Notes under the pieces: generated by a model
Database searches by the model: none
What the model was told of the DNA's origin: nothing
What the model saw: the letters and a program-made list of their open reading frames with translations, nothing else
Program-made: the position numbers and the translations under genes
Shown: positions 38,429 to 45,783 of the stretch, in pieces
How positions within the stretch are numbered: position 1 is the stretch's first letter
Layout: every line of letters starts with the position of its first letter
Assembly (NCBI GenBank): GCA_022530585.1
Contig: CP092821.1
Location: forward strand, 392,222 to 438,714
From: Candidatus Nealsonbacteria bacterium DGGOD1a
Lineage (GTDB): Bacteria > Patescibacteriota > Minisyncoccia > Minisyncoccales > UBA5738
Length of the DNA stretch: 46,493 bases
Direction: 5' to 3'

Positions 38429-38476
38429 GCGTTAAGAGCCCCGAGGGCTTTTTTAAGAAGGGTAAAAATATTTGTT

Positions 38477-38674
38477 ATGAATATCGTTAACTTTATCGTC
38501 AAATTTTTGAAGGAGGTGCGCGTCGAGGTCAAGAAGGTCAATTGGCTTGGCCGCCGGCAGTTGATGAACTATACCTTTTTGGTGATCGGTTTTATACTGG
38601 TGACGGCCGCGTTTTTCGGTTCGCTTGATTACGGGTTCGCGTTTTTGCTTCAAAAATATGTAATCGGCCAGTAA
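38477..38674 (+). CDS. secE: preprotein translocase subunit SecE
   Basis: 65 aa with FLKEVRVEVKKVNW followed by a single TM helix, located upstream of nusG. Confidence 0.85.
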   Translation: MNIVNFIVKFLKEVRVEVKKVNWLGRRQLMNYTFLVIGFILVTAAFFGSLDYGFAFLLQKYVIGQ

Positions 38675-38725
38675 CTTTTCGCGTTTATACTTTAAGTTTT
38701 TCAATTTTAGCTTTAAGCTATCAAT

Positions 38726-39271
38726 ATGCCAAAACAACAAATAATGTCCGAGAAAAATTGGTATGTCATTCATACCTACTCGGGTTATGAGGAAGCGGTG
38801 GCCAAAAATCTCAAACAGAGGATCGAATCGCTGGGAATGGAAGACAAGATTTTCAATGTGATCGTGCCCAAAGAAAAGAAAGTTAAGATCAAGGAGGGCA
38901 AGCGCAAGACCATTGAGGAAAAAATTTATCCGGGTTATATTCTGGTGGAAATGATGGTTACCGACGATTCCTGGTATGTGGTGAGAAACACGCCCAATGT
39001 CACCGGGTTTGTGGGCGCCGGCACCACGCCGATCCCGGTTTCGTTTGAAGAGATCACCGAATTAAAAAAACGGATGGAAATGTCGGAGCCTGAATTTAAC
39101 ATTGATGTGATCATCGGCGAATCGGTGAAAATCATTGATGGCCCGTTCAAGGATTCGGAAGGCAAGGTGTCGGAGATTGACCGCGAGCGCGGCAAGGTCA
39201 AGGTGCTGGTGAGTATGTTCGGCCGCGACACGCCGGTGGAATTGGATTCGTTGCAGATCAATAAAATATAA
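38726..39271 (+). CDS. nusG: transcription termination/antitermination factor NusG
   Basis: WYVIHTYSGYE NGN start and a KOW region (GPFKDSEGKV). Confidence 0.93.
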   Translation: MPKQQIMSEKNWYVIHTYSGYEEAVAKNLKQRIESLGMEDKIFNVIVPKEKKVKIKEGKRKTIEEKIYPGYILVEMMVTDDSWYVVRNTPNVTGFVGAGTTPIPVSFEEITELKKRMEMSEPEFNIDVIIGESVKIIDGPFKDSEGKVSEIDRERGKVKVLVSMFGRDTPVELDSLQINKI

Positions 39272-39358
39272 AACCGAATATTCCGAATCCAGCAGTTTGA
39301 GTCGGAGCAAAACCGAAACAAGCTGAAATTACTTGGTTGCGGGAAATCGACAAACAAA

Positions 39359-39781
39359 ATGGCAAAAAAAGTAAAGAAAGTGATCGGACTTCAAATACAA
39401 GCGGGGAAAGCGACTCCGGCGCCGCCGATCGGGCCGTCTTTGGCGCCGCATGGCATTAACTTGGCGGAATTTGTCAAGCAATTCAACGATCTTTCGCGCC
39501 CGATGATGGGCTTCAAGGTTCCGGTGGAGATCACGATCTACGAGGACAGATCGTTTTCGCTGAAATTAAAGCAGCCGCCGGCATCCGAGCTTTTAAAGAA
39601 AGCCGCCGGCGTTGAAGCCGGTTCGGGCAATCCCAACAAAAAGAAAGTGGGAAAAATCACCAAAGCGCAATTAAAAAAGATCGCCGAACAAAAAATGCCC
39701 GATCTGAACGCCGGCACGATCGAAGCCGCGATGAAAACCATCGCCGGCACCGCCCGCAATATGGGGATCGAGGTGGAATAG
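39359..39781 (+). CDS. rplK: 50S ribosomal protein L11
   Basis: [23 protein letters not shown] motif. Confidence 0.95.
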   Translation: MAKKVKKVIGLQIQAGKATPAPPIGPSLAPHGINLAEFVKQFNDLSRPMMGFKVPVEITIYEDRSFSLKLKQPPASELLKKAAGVEAGSGNPNKKKVGKITKAQLKKIAEQKMPDLNAGTIEAAMKTIAGTARNMGIEVE

Positions 39782-39798
39782 AAGTACATATTTAAATT

Positions 39799-39905
39799 CT
39801 CTTGAATTACTGCGAAACGCTTTGTATTTGGGGTCTATCCCTTGCGTAATCGCAAGGGTTAGACCCCTTCAAAGCATTTGAATTTAATTGTTTCGTAATC
39901 CAAAG
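39799..39905. mobile_element. MITE-like element, family A
   Basis: Ends are tcttgaattactgcgaaac and gtttcgtaatccaaag. The internal perfect hairpin is ggggtctatcccttgcg-taat-cgcaagggttagacccc. Confidence 0.65.
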
Positions 39906-40016
39906 TAAATTCGTATTTAAATATGTATTTAAATACGAACTGACGCAAGCATTGAATTTGAAGCCCCGCGCAAGCGGGTCTTTTGAATAAATTTGGAGGT
40001 GTGGTAGGATTGGGAT

Positions 40017-40313
40017 ATGAAGAAGGTTGGTTTTATCAATTCAAAAAACCGGGCGAAATTGAACGCGATATTTAAGGAATACGGCGTGGTCAAAGCCGCG
40101 GTTTTCGGGTCGTACGCGCGGGGCGACGAAAGGAAGAGGAGCGATATCGATTTTTTGATTAAAATGGAAAGCGGTCGGAGTTTGATGGATTTGGGCGGTT
40201 TGAAAGTCGATCTGGAGAAGCTTTTCGGCCGAAAAGTTGATTTGGTGGAATACGAATGCATCCACCCGAAGCTCAAAAAGGAAATCCTTGGCGAGCAAGT
40301 TCCAATTTTATGA
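40017..40313 (+). CDS. MNT-type nucleotidyltransferase antitoxin (MntA-like), module 1
   Basis: GSYARGDERKRSDIDFLI NTase motif. ATGA overlap with the downstream HEPN gene. Confidence 0.85.
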   Translation: MKKVGFINSKNRAKLNAIFKEYGVVKAAVFGSYARGDERKRSDIDFLIKMESGRSLMDLGGLKVDLEKLFGRKVDLVEYECIHPKLKKEILGEQVPIL

Positions 40314-40669
40314 AAAAAAGAGATCCGGAAATATTGGTTGACGATATAGCGAAATCAATAGCGGCGATCCGGGATTATACTTTGGATTTGAGCAAAAAAG
40401 AGTTTAATGGCGACAAGAAAACACAAGACGCGGTTTTTAAGCGAATTGAAAATATGGGAGAGGCGGTTAAAAATTTGCCATATGATTTCCGCCGGCAATA
40501 TCCGGATATTCCCTGGAAAAAAATTGCGGGAATGAGGGATGTTTTGGTGCACGACTATTTTGGCATTGATACGGAAAAAGTTTGGAATGTGGTCGCAAAC
40601 GAGATTCCCGATCTGAAAGAAAAAATCGCAAAAATTATTGGCGAGAACAAACAAAAGAAATTATTGTAA
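40310..40669 (+). CDS. HEPN/DUF86 toxin (HepT-like), module 1
   Basis: RDVLVHDYFGID (Rx4-6H motif). 119 aa. Confidence 0.85.
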   Translation: MKKRDPEILVDDIAKSIAAIRDYTLDLSKKEFNGDKKTQDAVFKRIENMGEAVKNLPYDFRRQYPDIPWKKIAGMRDVLVHDYFGIDTEKVWNVVANEIPDLKEKIAKIIGENKQKKLL

Positions 40670-40671
40670 TT

Positions 40672-40762
40672 TTTTGAATTATTGAATTCGTATTTTGCAT
40701 TTAAGGTCGTTCCCCCGCCACGGCGGGGTGCGACCTTGTCAAACCGCGTTTCGTTTTTTGAT
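40672..40762. repeat. degenerate family-A MITE-like repeat between the two TA modules
   Basis: ttgaattattgaattcgtattttg and the hairpin aggtcgttcccccgccacggcggggtgcgacct, then gtttcgttttttga. Confidence 0.4.
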
Positions 40763-40865
40763 TTGCCTTTCGCAAGAGTTTTTTTGTTTTAAAAATAACC
40801 GTAAAACAACAACCGAAAATTTGGGTATAGTTTGAGTTGTTTTTAAGGTGTGGTAGGATTGGGAT

Positions 40866-41162
40866 ATGAAGAAGGTTGATTTTATCAATGCAAAGAATCG
40901 GGCGAAATTGAACGCGATTTTCAAGGAATACGGCGTGGTCAAAGCCGCGGTTTTCGGGTCGTACGCGCGGGGCGAGCAAAAAAAGCGAAGCGACATTGAT
41001 TTATTGGTGGAGATGGAAGATGGGCGAACCTTGTTTGATTTGGGCGGGTTGAGCGTTGATTTGGAAGATCTTTTTGGAAAGAAAATCGATCTTGTCGAAT
41101 ATGAAGCGATCCATCCTTTGTTAAAAAAACAAATATTGGCTGACCAAATAAAAATTTTTTGA
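40866..41162 (+). CDS. MNT-type nucleotidyltransferase antitoxin (MntA-like), module 2
   Basis: GSYARGEQKKRSDIDLLV. A 51-nt stretch is identical to module 1. Confidence 0.85.
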   Translation: MKKVDFINAKNRAKLNAIFKEYGVVKAAVFGSYARGEQKKRSDIDLLVEMEDGRTLFDLGGLSVDLEDLFGKKIDLVEYEAIHPLLKKQILADQIKIF

Positions 41163-41166
41163 AGAT

Positions 41167-41526
41167 ATGAAAAGAAGCCAAGAACATTTTATCCAAGATA
41201 TTGCCGATGCGATAGAGAGAATCGAAGAATATACGCGCAATATGGCCGAAAATGAATTCAAAGCCGACAAGAAAACCCAAGAAGCGGTAGTTTATTGTTT
41301 CCATATCATCAGCGAGGCGGCAAGCCATATTTCCGCGGATTTAAAAAAGAAACATTCCGAAATCGAGTGGGCTAAAATCAAGGGGTTTCGCAATAAATTG
41401 ATCCACGAATATTTCGGCGTTAAAATTGAGACCGTTTGGGGCACGGTCCAAAAAGACATTCCCGATCTGAAAGAAAAAATCGCAAAAATCGCCGGTGAAA
41501 CCAAACAAAAGAAATTATTAAAATAA
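41167..41526 (+). CDS. HEPN/DUF86 toxin (HepT-like), module 2
   Basis: RNKLIHEYFGV motif. The C-terminal IPDLKEKIAKI.GE.KQKKLL is shared with module 1. Confidence 0.85.
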   Translation: MKRSQEHFIQDIADAIERIEEYTRNMAENEFKADKKTQEAVVYCFHIISEAASHISADLKKKHSEIEWAKIKGFRNKLIHEYFGVKIETVWGTVQKDIPDLKEKIAKIAGETKQKKLLK

Positions 41527-41531
41527 ATGCA

Positions 41532-41556
41532 AAGCCCCGCGCAAGCGGGTCTTTTG
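41532..41556 (+). terminator. hairpin plus T-run (aagccccgcgcaagcgggtcttttg); an identical copy lies at 39961-39985
   Basis: A 25-nt exact direct repeat brackets both TA modules. Confidence 0.55.
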
Positions 41557-41687
41557 GTTGAAAATCAATCAACGAATCGGGTGGTTTGTCAAGATTGGCG
41601 AATATGATTAAAAAAGATATAATCAACAACTGGGATAAATTCCAATTTCCAATTTTCAAAAAATATCCGCAAAATTAATCAAATCCA

Positions 41688-42026
41688 ATGTCTGTTATAA
41701 TCTATCGGAGCATATATAAAGTTGGTGATAAATGTCCCGCTTGCAATGGGGATAGAACTGGAAAGGGTGGATTGATTGTTAAAAAATGGAGCAAAAACCG
41801 TGCCTTTGCGGGATGTTCAAGGTATCCGGAATGTAAATTCGCGAGCAAAGAGATTGTTTTAACTCAAATTGAAAAAGATAAAAAATTAGGATTAAAAAAG
41901 AGCAACAGACGACGCAAAAAAATTGAGATAGATTCAAATAAATATGCAAACATTACCATTAGACCCTATTGCTACCACAATTATTATCTTTGCCTCCGCA
42001 GTTTTAATCGTTGCGGTTTTCGTTAA
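41688..42026 (+). CDS. small protein with a topoisomerase-type C4 zinc ribbon
   Basis: CPACNG...FAGCSRYPECKF. The C-terminal tail looks unnatural, so the 3' end is uncertain. Confidence 0.55.
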   Translation: MSVIIYRSIYKVGDKCPACNGDRTGKGGLIVKKWSKNRAFAGCSRYPECKFASKEIVLTQIEKDKKLGLKKSNRRRKKIEIDSNKYANITIRPYCYHNYYLCLRSFNRCGFR

Positions 42027-42085
42027 ATTCGTTTTGAAAAAGTAATTTAACCGCTTTAATAGTGAGCGATGCGGTGTGGTAATCT

Positions 42086-42319
42086 TTAATATCTCCAAAA
42101 TCCTATCCCGCGTAAAATAATACCAACCAATTTATACGCAATCAGTCCAATAATAATAAGGGCAAGGTCATCTACAATTGATGTGCTGAAAAACTTGGAG
42201 CCAATAAAAAATAGACCTAAACAAATTAGCCGATATAGGAATGACAACCTCGCCTTTGAATGAATAATATCCCCCTTTTCATTATTGGAAAGATTACTAC
42301 CAAAGGTCATAAAAAACAA
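42086..42319 (-). CDS. small membrane protein (77 aa)
   Basis: Two hydrophobic helices. It is bracketed by copies of the aatagtgagcgat repeat head. Confidence 0.45.
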   Translation of the reverse strand: MFFMTFGSNLSNNEKGDIIHSKARLSFLYRLICLGLFFIGSKFFSTSIVDDLALIIIGLIAYKLVGIILRGIGFWRY

Positions 42320-42437
42320 TAGTGAGCGATAGGGTGGGGTAAATTATACTTTCATGGTTTCAGGCCTCAAATCAGGAATATAAACATATCCAGTTTGTTT
42401 CTCAAAAATAGTTCTAACATTGTCCACGATTCCCCGC
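42318..42437 (+). repeat. about 120-bp direct repeat R1 (upstream of the 3-gene operon)
   Basis: It aligns along its whole length with 44073-44193. A partial copy of its head lies at 42058-42083. Confidence 0.85.
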
Positions 42438-42642
42438 TAACCACTTTTTGATCTTAAATTTTGCTAACCCATCGTGGACATTAGAACTTTTTACATCTCT
42501 TGTGGTAAAAATTATCGAAACATGTAAAAATATAACAAGAGGGGACAGATTTATTTATTTTACATTTTTGGTAGTGTTCTGGCTTACTGGCTGATTCGAC
42601 TATTCATTCGGGATTTAATTGTTATTTAGTATAAATTACACC

Positions 42643-43269
42643 ATGAAATCATTTAAACTCACATCATTTAGTGTTGTCTTTTTGTATTCCGAGCCAATCA
42701 AAGGTGTTGATATTTCGGATGTTAAAAAGGCGTTTAATTTAAGTGGCGAAGATAAAGTAGTTTTGATTGATGCTGGAGGTATTGCCGGCGGGGTGGCAGC
42801 CGGTCTTTTAGCGTTTGATGATCAAAAAAGAGTCGTTTTTGAAATGAATCGAATACTATTTTCAGATGGCAAACCGCAGGATAATGGATTAAATAATTTG
42901 GAAAAATATTTTACGCCGTTATTTAAAGTAATAGAAAAACTACCCCTAAAGGCTTATGGTTTTAATTATGATATTGCCGTAGATTGCGAAGCAGATAATT
43001 ATTGGCAAGATTTCTTGTCAAAAGATATTGAAAAAATCGTTAAGGATCGGAAAGTTGATTCTTTTGGAATCAAATTAGCTCTAATCGTTGGTGAAGGGAA
43101 ATACCGGATTGATATTAATTCTATCGAAGGAGGGGAAAAGAAATCACTATTAATTAAATTAAATGATCATCACGAGGCAACGGCTATTCCAGCCGCAAAG
43201 GAGCTTTTAGCGCAAGCTGAAGAAAGCTTGAAATCGCTAATTGAAATGATAAAGCCTATTTTAAAATAA
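42643..43269 (+). CDS. hypothetical protein (208 aa), first gene of the repeat-bracketed operon
   Basis: ATG at 42643 (the TTG at 42619 is also possible). No motif recognised. It ends 3 nt before the next gene. Confidence 0.6.
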   Translation: MKSFKLTSFSVVFLYSEPIKGVDISDVKKAFNLSGEDKVVLIDAGGIAGGVAAGLLAFDDQKRVVFEMNRILFSDGKPQDNGLNNLEKYFTPLFKVIEKLPLKAYGFNYDIAVDCEADNYWQDFLSKDIEKIVKDRKVDSFGIKLALIVGEGKYRIDINSIEGGEKKSLLIKLNDHHEATAIPAAKELLAQAEESLKSLIEMIKPILK

Positions 43270-43272
43270 GGT

Positions 43273-43791
43273 ATGAACACTACCTACTTACCATTGTCAA
43301 AGGAAACAGGTACGCTCGATACGGAAAACCATAATCCTGCTTTTGTCTTTGCGCCGGGCGGCAACGCGTTAATGGGCGTTTATCAAGCCAACGATACAAC
43401 AATAGATTCATTCTTGATGAATCGTTTAAGTGGCCATTTTGCACCACTGTTTAACGATTTTCAATCAAGAATTTCATTGCTTGAACAAAAGCTAAGTAAT
43501 TTTGGAGAACGGCAACCAAAGCAAATACTCCTAAATAATTTACGCAGTTCAAAGCTTTCGCTGAAGCAACCGCTTTCGGTTGTTTTTGAAAGAAATGAAT
43601 CAGAAATAGTTTGTGATTGTCCCGATATAGATCTTTACGGCGTAGGCGATACGGAGCAAGAAGCCATAACGGATCTTTCCGAAAGTCTAGAAGAATTATA
43701 TTTTACTTTAAAGGAAGAGGGTGAAAAGAATCTTACTCCGCAATTTACTTATATATGGCGTTTTCTGAAAAAGACAATTAAGAAAATTTAA
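43273..43791 (+). CDS. protein with a C-terminal HicB-like (UPF0150-type) domain and an unknown N-terminal half
   Basis: EIVCDCPDIDLYGVGDTEQEAITDLSESLEELY resembles the HicB N-domain pattern (xPxLPGxxxxGxTxEEAxxNxxEAI). TAATG overlap with the next gene. Confidence 0.5.
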   Translation: MNTTYLPLSKETGTLDTENHNPAFVFAPGGNALMGVYQANDTTIDSFLMNRLSGHFAPLFNDFQSRISLLEQKLSNFGERQPKQILLNNLRSSKLSLKQPLSVVFERNESEIVCDCPDIDLYGVGDTEQEAITDLSESLEELYFTLKEEGEKNLTPQFTYIWRFLKKTIKKI

Positions 43792-44063
43792 TGCAATTAA
43801 AAGTAAAACAAGTTGAAAGAATATTTCAAAAATTAGGAATGGAAGTTAAGCCATCACATCATAAACTGGCTTTTTTCCGTCATAACGGCAAATTAATTTT
43901 AAAAACAAGATTATCGAATGGCAGTGGAGATGCAAAGGCAATTGATAAAATAAGGCAAGATTTTAAACTAACAGAGAAAGATTTTTGCGACTTAAGAGAT
44001 TGCCCATTGAGCAAGGAGGGTTATGTAGAAATTCTTAAAGCAAAGGGTATTATTACAGTTTAA
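43791..44063 (+). CDS. HicA-like small protein (putative mRNA interferase toxin) with an extra C-terminal helix
   Basis: VKQVERIFQKLGMEVKPSHHKLAFFRHNGKLILKT resembles the HicA pattern (LxKxGfxxxxxxGSHxxf). 90 aa. Confidence 0.45.
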   Translation: MQLKVKQVERIFQKLGMEVKPSHHKLAFFRHNGKLILKTRLSNGSGDAKAIDKIRQDFKLTEKDFCDLRDCPLSKEGYVEILKAKGIITV

Positions 44064-44072
44064 TTTTTAATA

Positions 44073-44193
44073 AATAATGAGCGACTTGGGTGGGGTAAAT
44101 CAAACTTTTATCGTTTCAGGCCTTAAATCCGGTATGTAAATATACCGGTTTTGATTTACGAAAATAGTTCTAACATTGCCCACGATTCCCCGC
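44073..44193 (+). repeat. about 120-bp direct repeat R2 (downstream of the 3-gene operon)
   Basis: Same orientation as R1. Conserved blocks are tgagcga, ggtggggtaaat, gtttcaggcc and aaaatagttctaacattg.ccacgattccccgc. Confidence 0.85.
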
Positions 44194-44469
44194 CCTTTTG
44201 GTTTTTTGTATTTCGTGTGGGTCGTGCGGGCGAAAACATGGTTTCGCCCCTACAATGCAAATGCGATGCGGGCGGAGATCCGCCTTCGCTAAAGCTACGG
44301 CGAGACAAAGCAATGCCCGCCTCTACGGGTGCAAAATGCGGGTTTTGGTTTATTTTTGCGAGAAATATGAAGGCGGGAGCAAATAAAATAAATTGTTGTA
44401 AAATAAAGCCCCGCATTGATGTTGGCGTGGGGTTTGGAATAAAAAAAGAACCGATCAGATTAATTATTG

Positions 44470-45473
44470 CTTTGAATTACGAAACTCCTAAAAAATGCTA
44501 AAATGACACCAGAGCCGGCGACTGGTAAATCGCCGACTCAACACCAACATGAAAGTTGTAATTCCATTTTACAACGAAATCAGGAAGGTGGTAAGTATTT
44601 TTTCACAACAATTAAAAATTGACAAGCTCACAAACAAAACCGGTCGAAAATTGGCGTTGCCGATAATCACAGTATTATCGCTGGCGATATTCAAGCAAGC
44701 CGGCGGTATCGCTACCAAAAAATCATTATTCACCATTTTCAATCTTCACAAAATCTGCTCCTACAAAACATTGGTCATGAGCATCAATCGTTGGGCAATT
44801 CTGGCATTGCGATTAATGTTTATTATCATGAGGATGAGCAGGAAAAACCAACACATTATCAAACACATTGATTCCACCGATATCCCCGTTTGTTTGTTCA
44901 AAAATGCCAACAAACACAAAGTGATGAAAATGTTCGCCAGTTTCGGCAGAAGCGCAAAAGGTACCTATTTCGGCTTAAAAATGCACCTGATCGCGGATTT
45001 CAAAAGGCAAATACTGGCCATCAAATTCACTTCCGCGAATGTTGACGACCGCGATGTCGTTATCAAATTATCCAAGAAATTGAACGGCGTGTTCATTGCC
45101 GACGCCGGATATGTTTCCGAGAAATTGCAAAGAAAATTCCACCGCGCCCGCAAAAGAATTTTGCTGGTGAAAGCCAGGAACAACATGAAAAAAGTCATCA
45201 CTCAATTCCAGAAAAAATTATATGATACCAGAATGATCATTGAATTGAATTTTCGCAATTTGAAAATGTTTTACGGGCTGATTACCAGCCTCCCCAAATC
45301 AGTGGACGGATATTTGTCCAATTATATCTACAGTCTGCTGGCTTATCAAATTATTTAGTTGTGAACCGTGAAAAAACTTACCGCAATCGAATGTTTTCCG
45401 CCAAACCCCGCGCCGCGGGCAGGTTTTTGTTTCGCAATCGTTTTTCTTTTAAAGCGGGTTTCGTAATTCAAAG
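44470..45473 (+). mobile_element. IS982-family-like insertion sequence (1004 bp) with 16-bp perfect TIRs and a 6-bp TSD
   Basis: TIR ctttgaattacgaaac at 44470-44485 and its exact reverse complement at 45458-45473. TTATTG lies on both flanks, at 44464-44469 and 45474-45479. Confidence 0.85.
44549..45358 (+). CDS. DDE transposase, IS982-family-like
   Basis: HIDSTDIPVC, FIADAGYVS and IIELNFRNLK supply the D, D, E candidates. Its size of 269 aa and the 1-kb element fit IS982. Confidence 0.75.
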   Translation: MKVVIPFYNEIRKVVSIFSQQLKIDKLTNKTGRKLALPIITVLSLAIFKQAGGIATKKSLFTIFNLHKICSYKTLVMSINRWAILALRLMFIIMRMSRKNQHIIKHIDSTDIPVCLFKNANKHKVMKMFASFGRSAKGTYFGLKMHLIADFKRQILAIKFTSANVDDRDVVIKLSKKLNGVFIADAGYVSEKLQRKFHRARKRILLVKARNNMKKVITQFQKKLYDTRMIIELNFRNLKMFYGLITSLPKSVDGYLSNYIYSLLAYQII

Positions 45474-45737
45474 TTATTGATCAGTTATTCCCCACTCTTT
45501 CATTTCCTTGGGGTTGAGGATGATGCGTCCATAGATTATGTGGCGCTTTTTGTCCTTGTTCCCGCGTATAAGAAAAACACCGGGGTTATCTTCTATGGAA
45601 TCAATTTGCAGCGTTGGCAATTCTTCTTTAGGGAATGCTTCACGAAACACTTCAAGCAAATCAGATTTTTTCGTTGTGTTTTTTAAAGCCGAGTTTTTTA
45701 GTTTTCCCCTTATATCGTACAATGCGAAAACTACCAT
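45474..45737 (-). CDS. hypothetical small protein (87 aa) wedged between two IS elements
   Basis: This C-terminal part of the 229-aa minus ORF has a natural composition and starts at an internal ATG. The upstream part is antisense to the IS30 transposase. Confidence 0.4.
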   Translation of the reverse strand: MVVFALYDIRGKLKNSALKNTTKKSDLLEVFREAFPKEELPTLQIDSIEDNPGVFLIRGNKDKKRHIIYGRIILNPKEMKEWGITDQ

Positions 45738-45783
45738 TTCGAAAATTCTCTTTTGAAATGCAACTTCGGTAAAATGAAGTTGT

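Noticed and set aside
41944-42045. 33-aa hydrophobic ORF (MQTLPLDPIATTIIIFASAVLIVAVFVKFVLKK) overlapping the 3' end of the Zn-ribbon gene in another frame
   Set aside because: It is plausible as a TM tail, and a frameshift would fuse it to the Zn-ribbon protein. I cannot distinguish a sequencing frameshift, a separate micro-ORF or chance, so it is not annotated.
42410-42488. Interpretation of the bulged palindrome and R1/R2 repeats as integron attC sites
   Set aside because: No integron integrase gene is in the window. The ends (gttctaac / attagaac) only loosely approximate RYYYAAC / GTTRRRY, and R2 lacks the second arm. I keep this only as an analogy in the cassette finding.
44151-44501. 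116-aa plus ORF and overlapping minus ORF in the GC-rich segment
   Set aside because: The translations (PPSLKLRRDK, ASTGAKCGF) look like read-through of hairpin repeats, and no start context is present.
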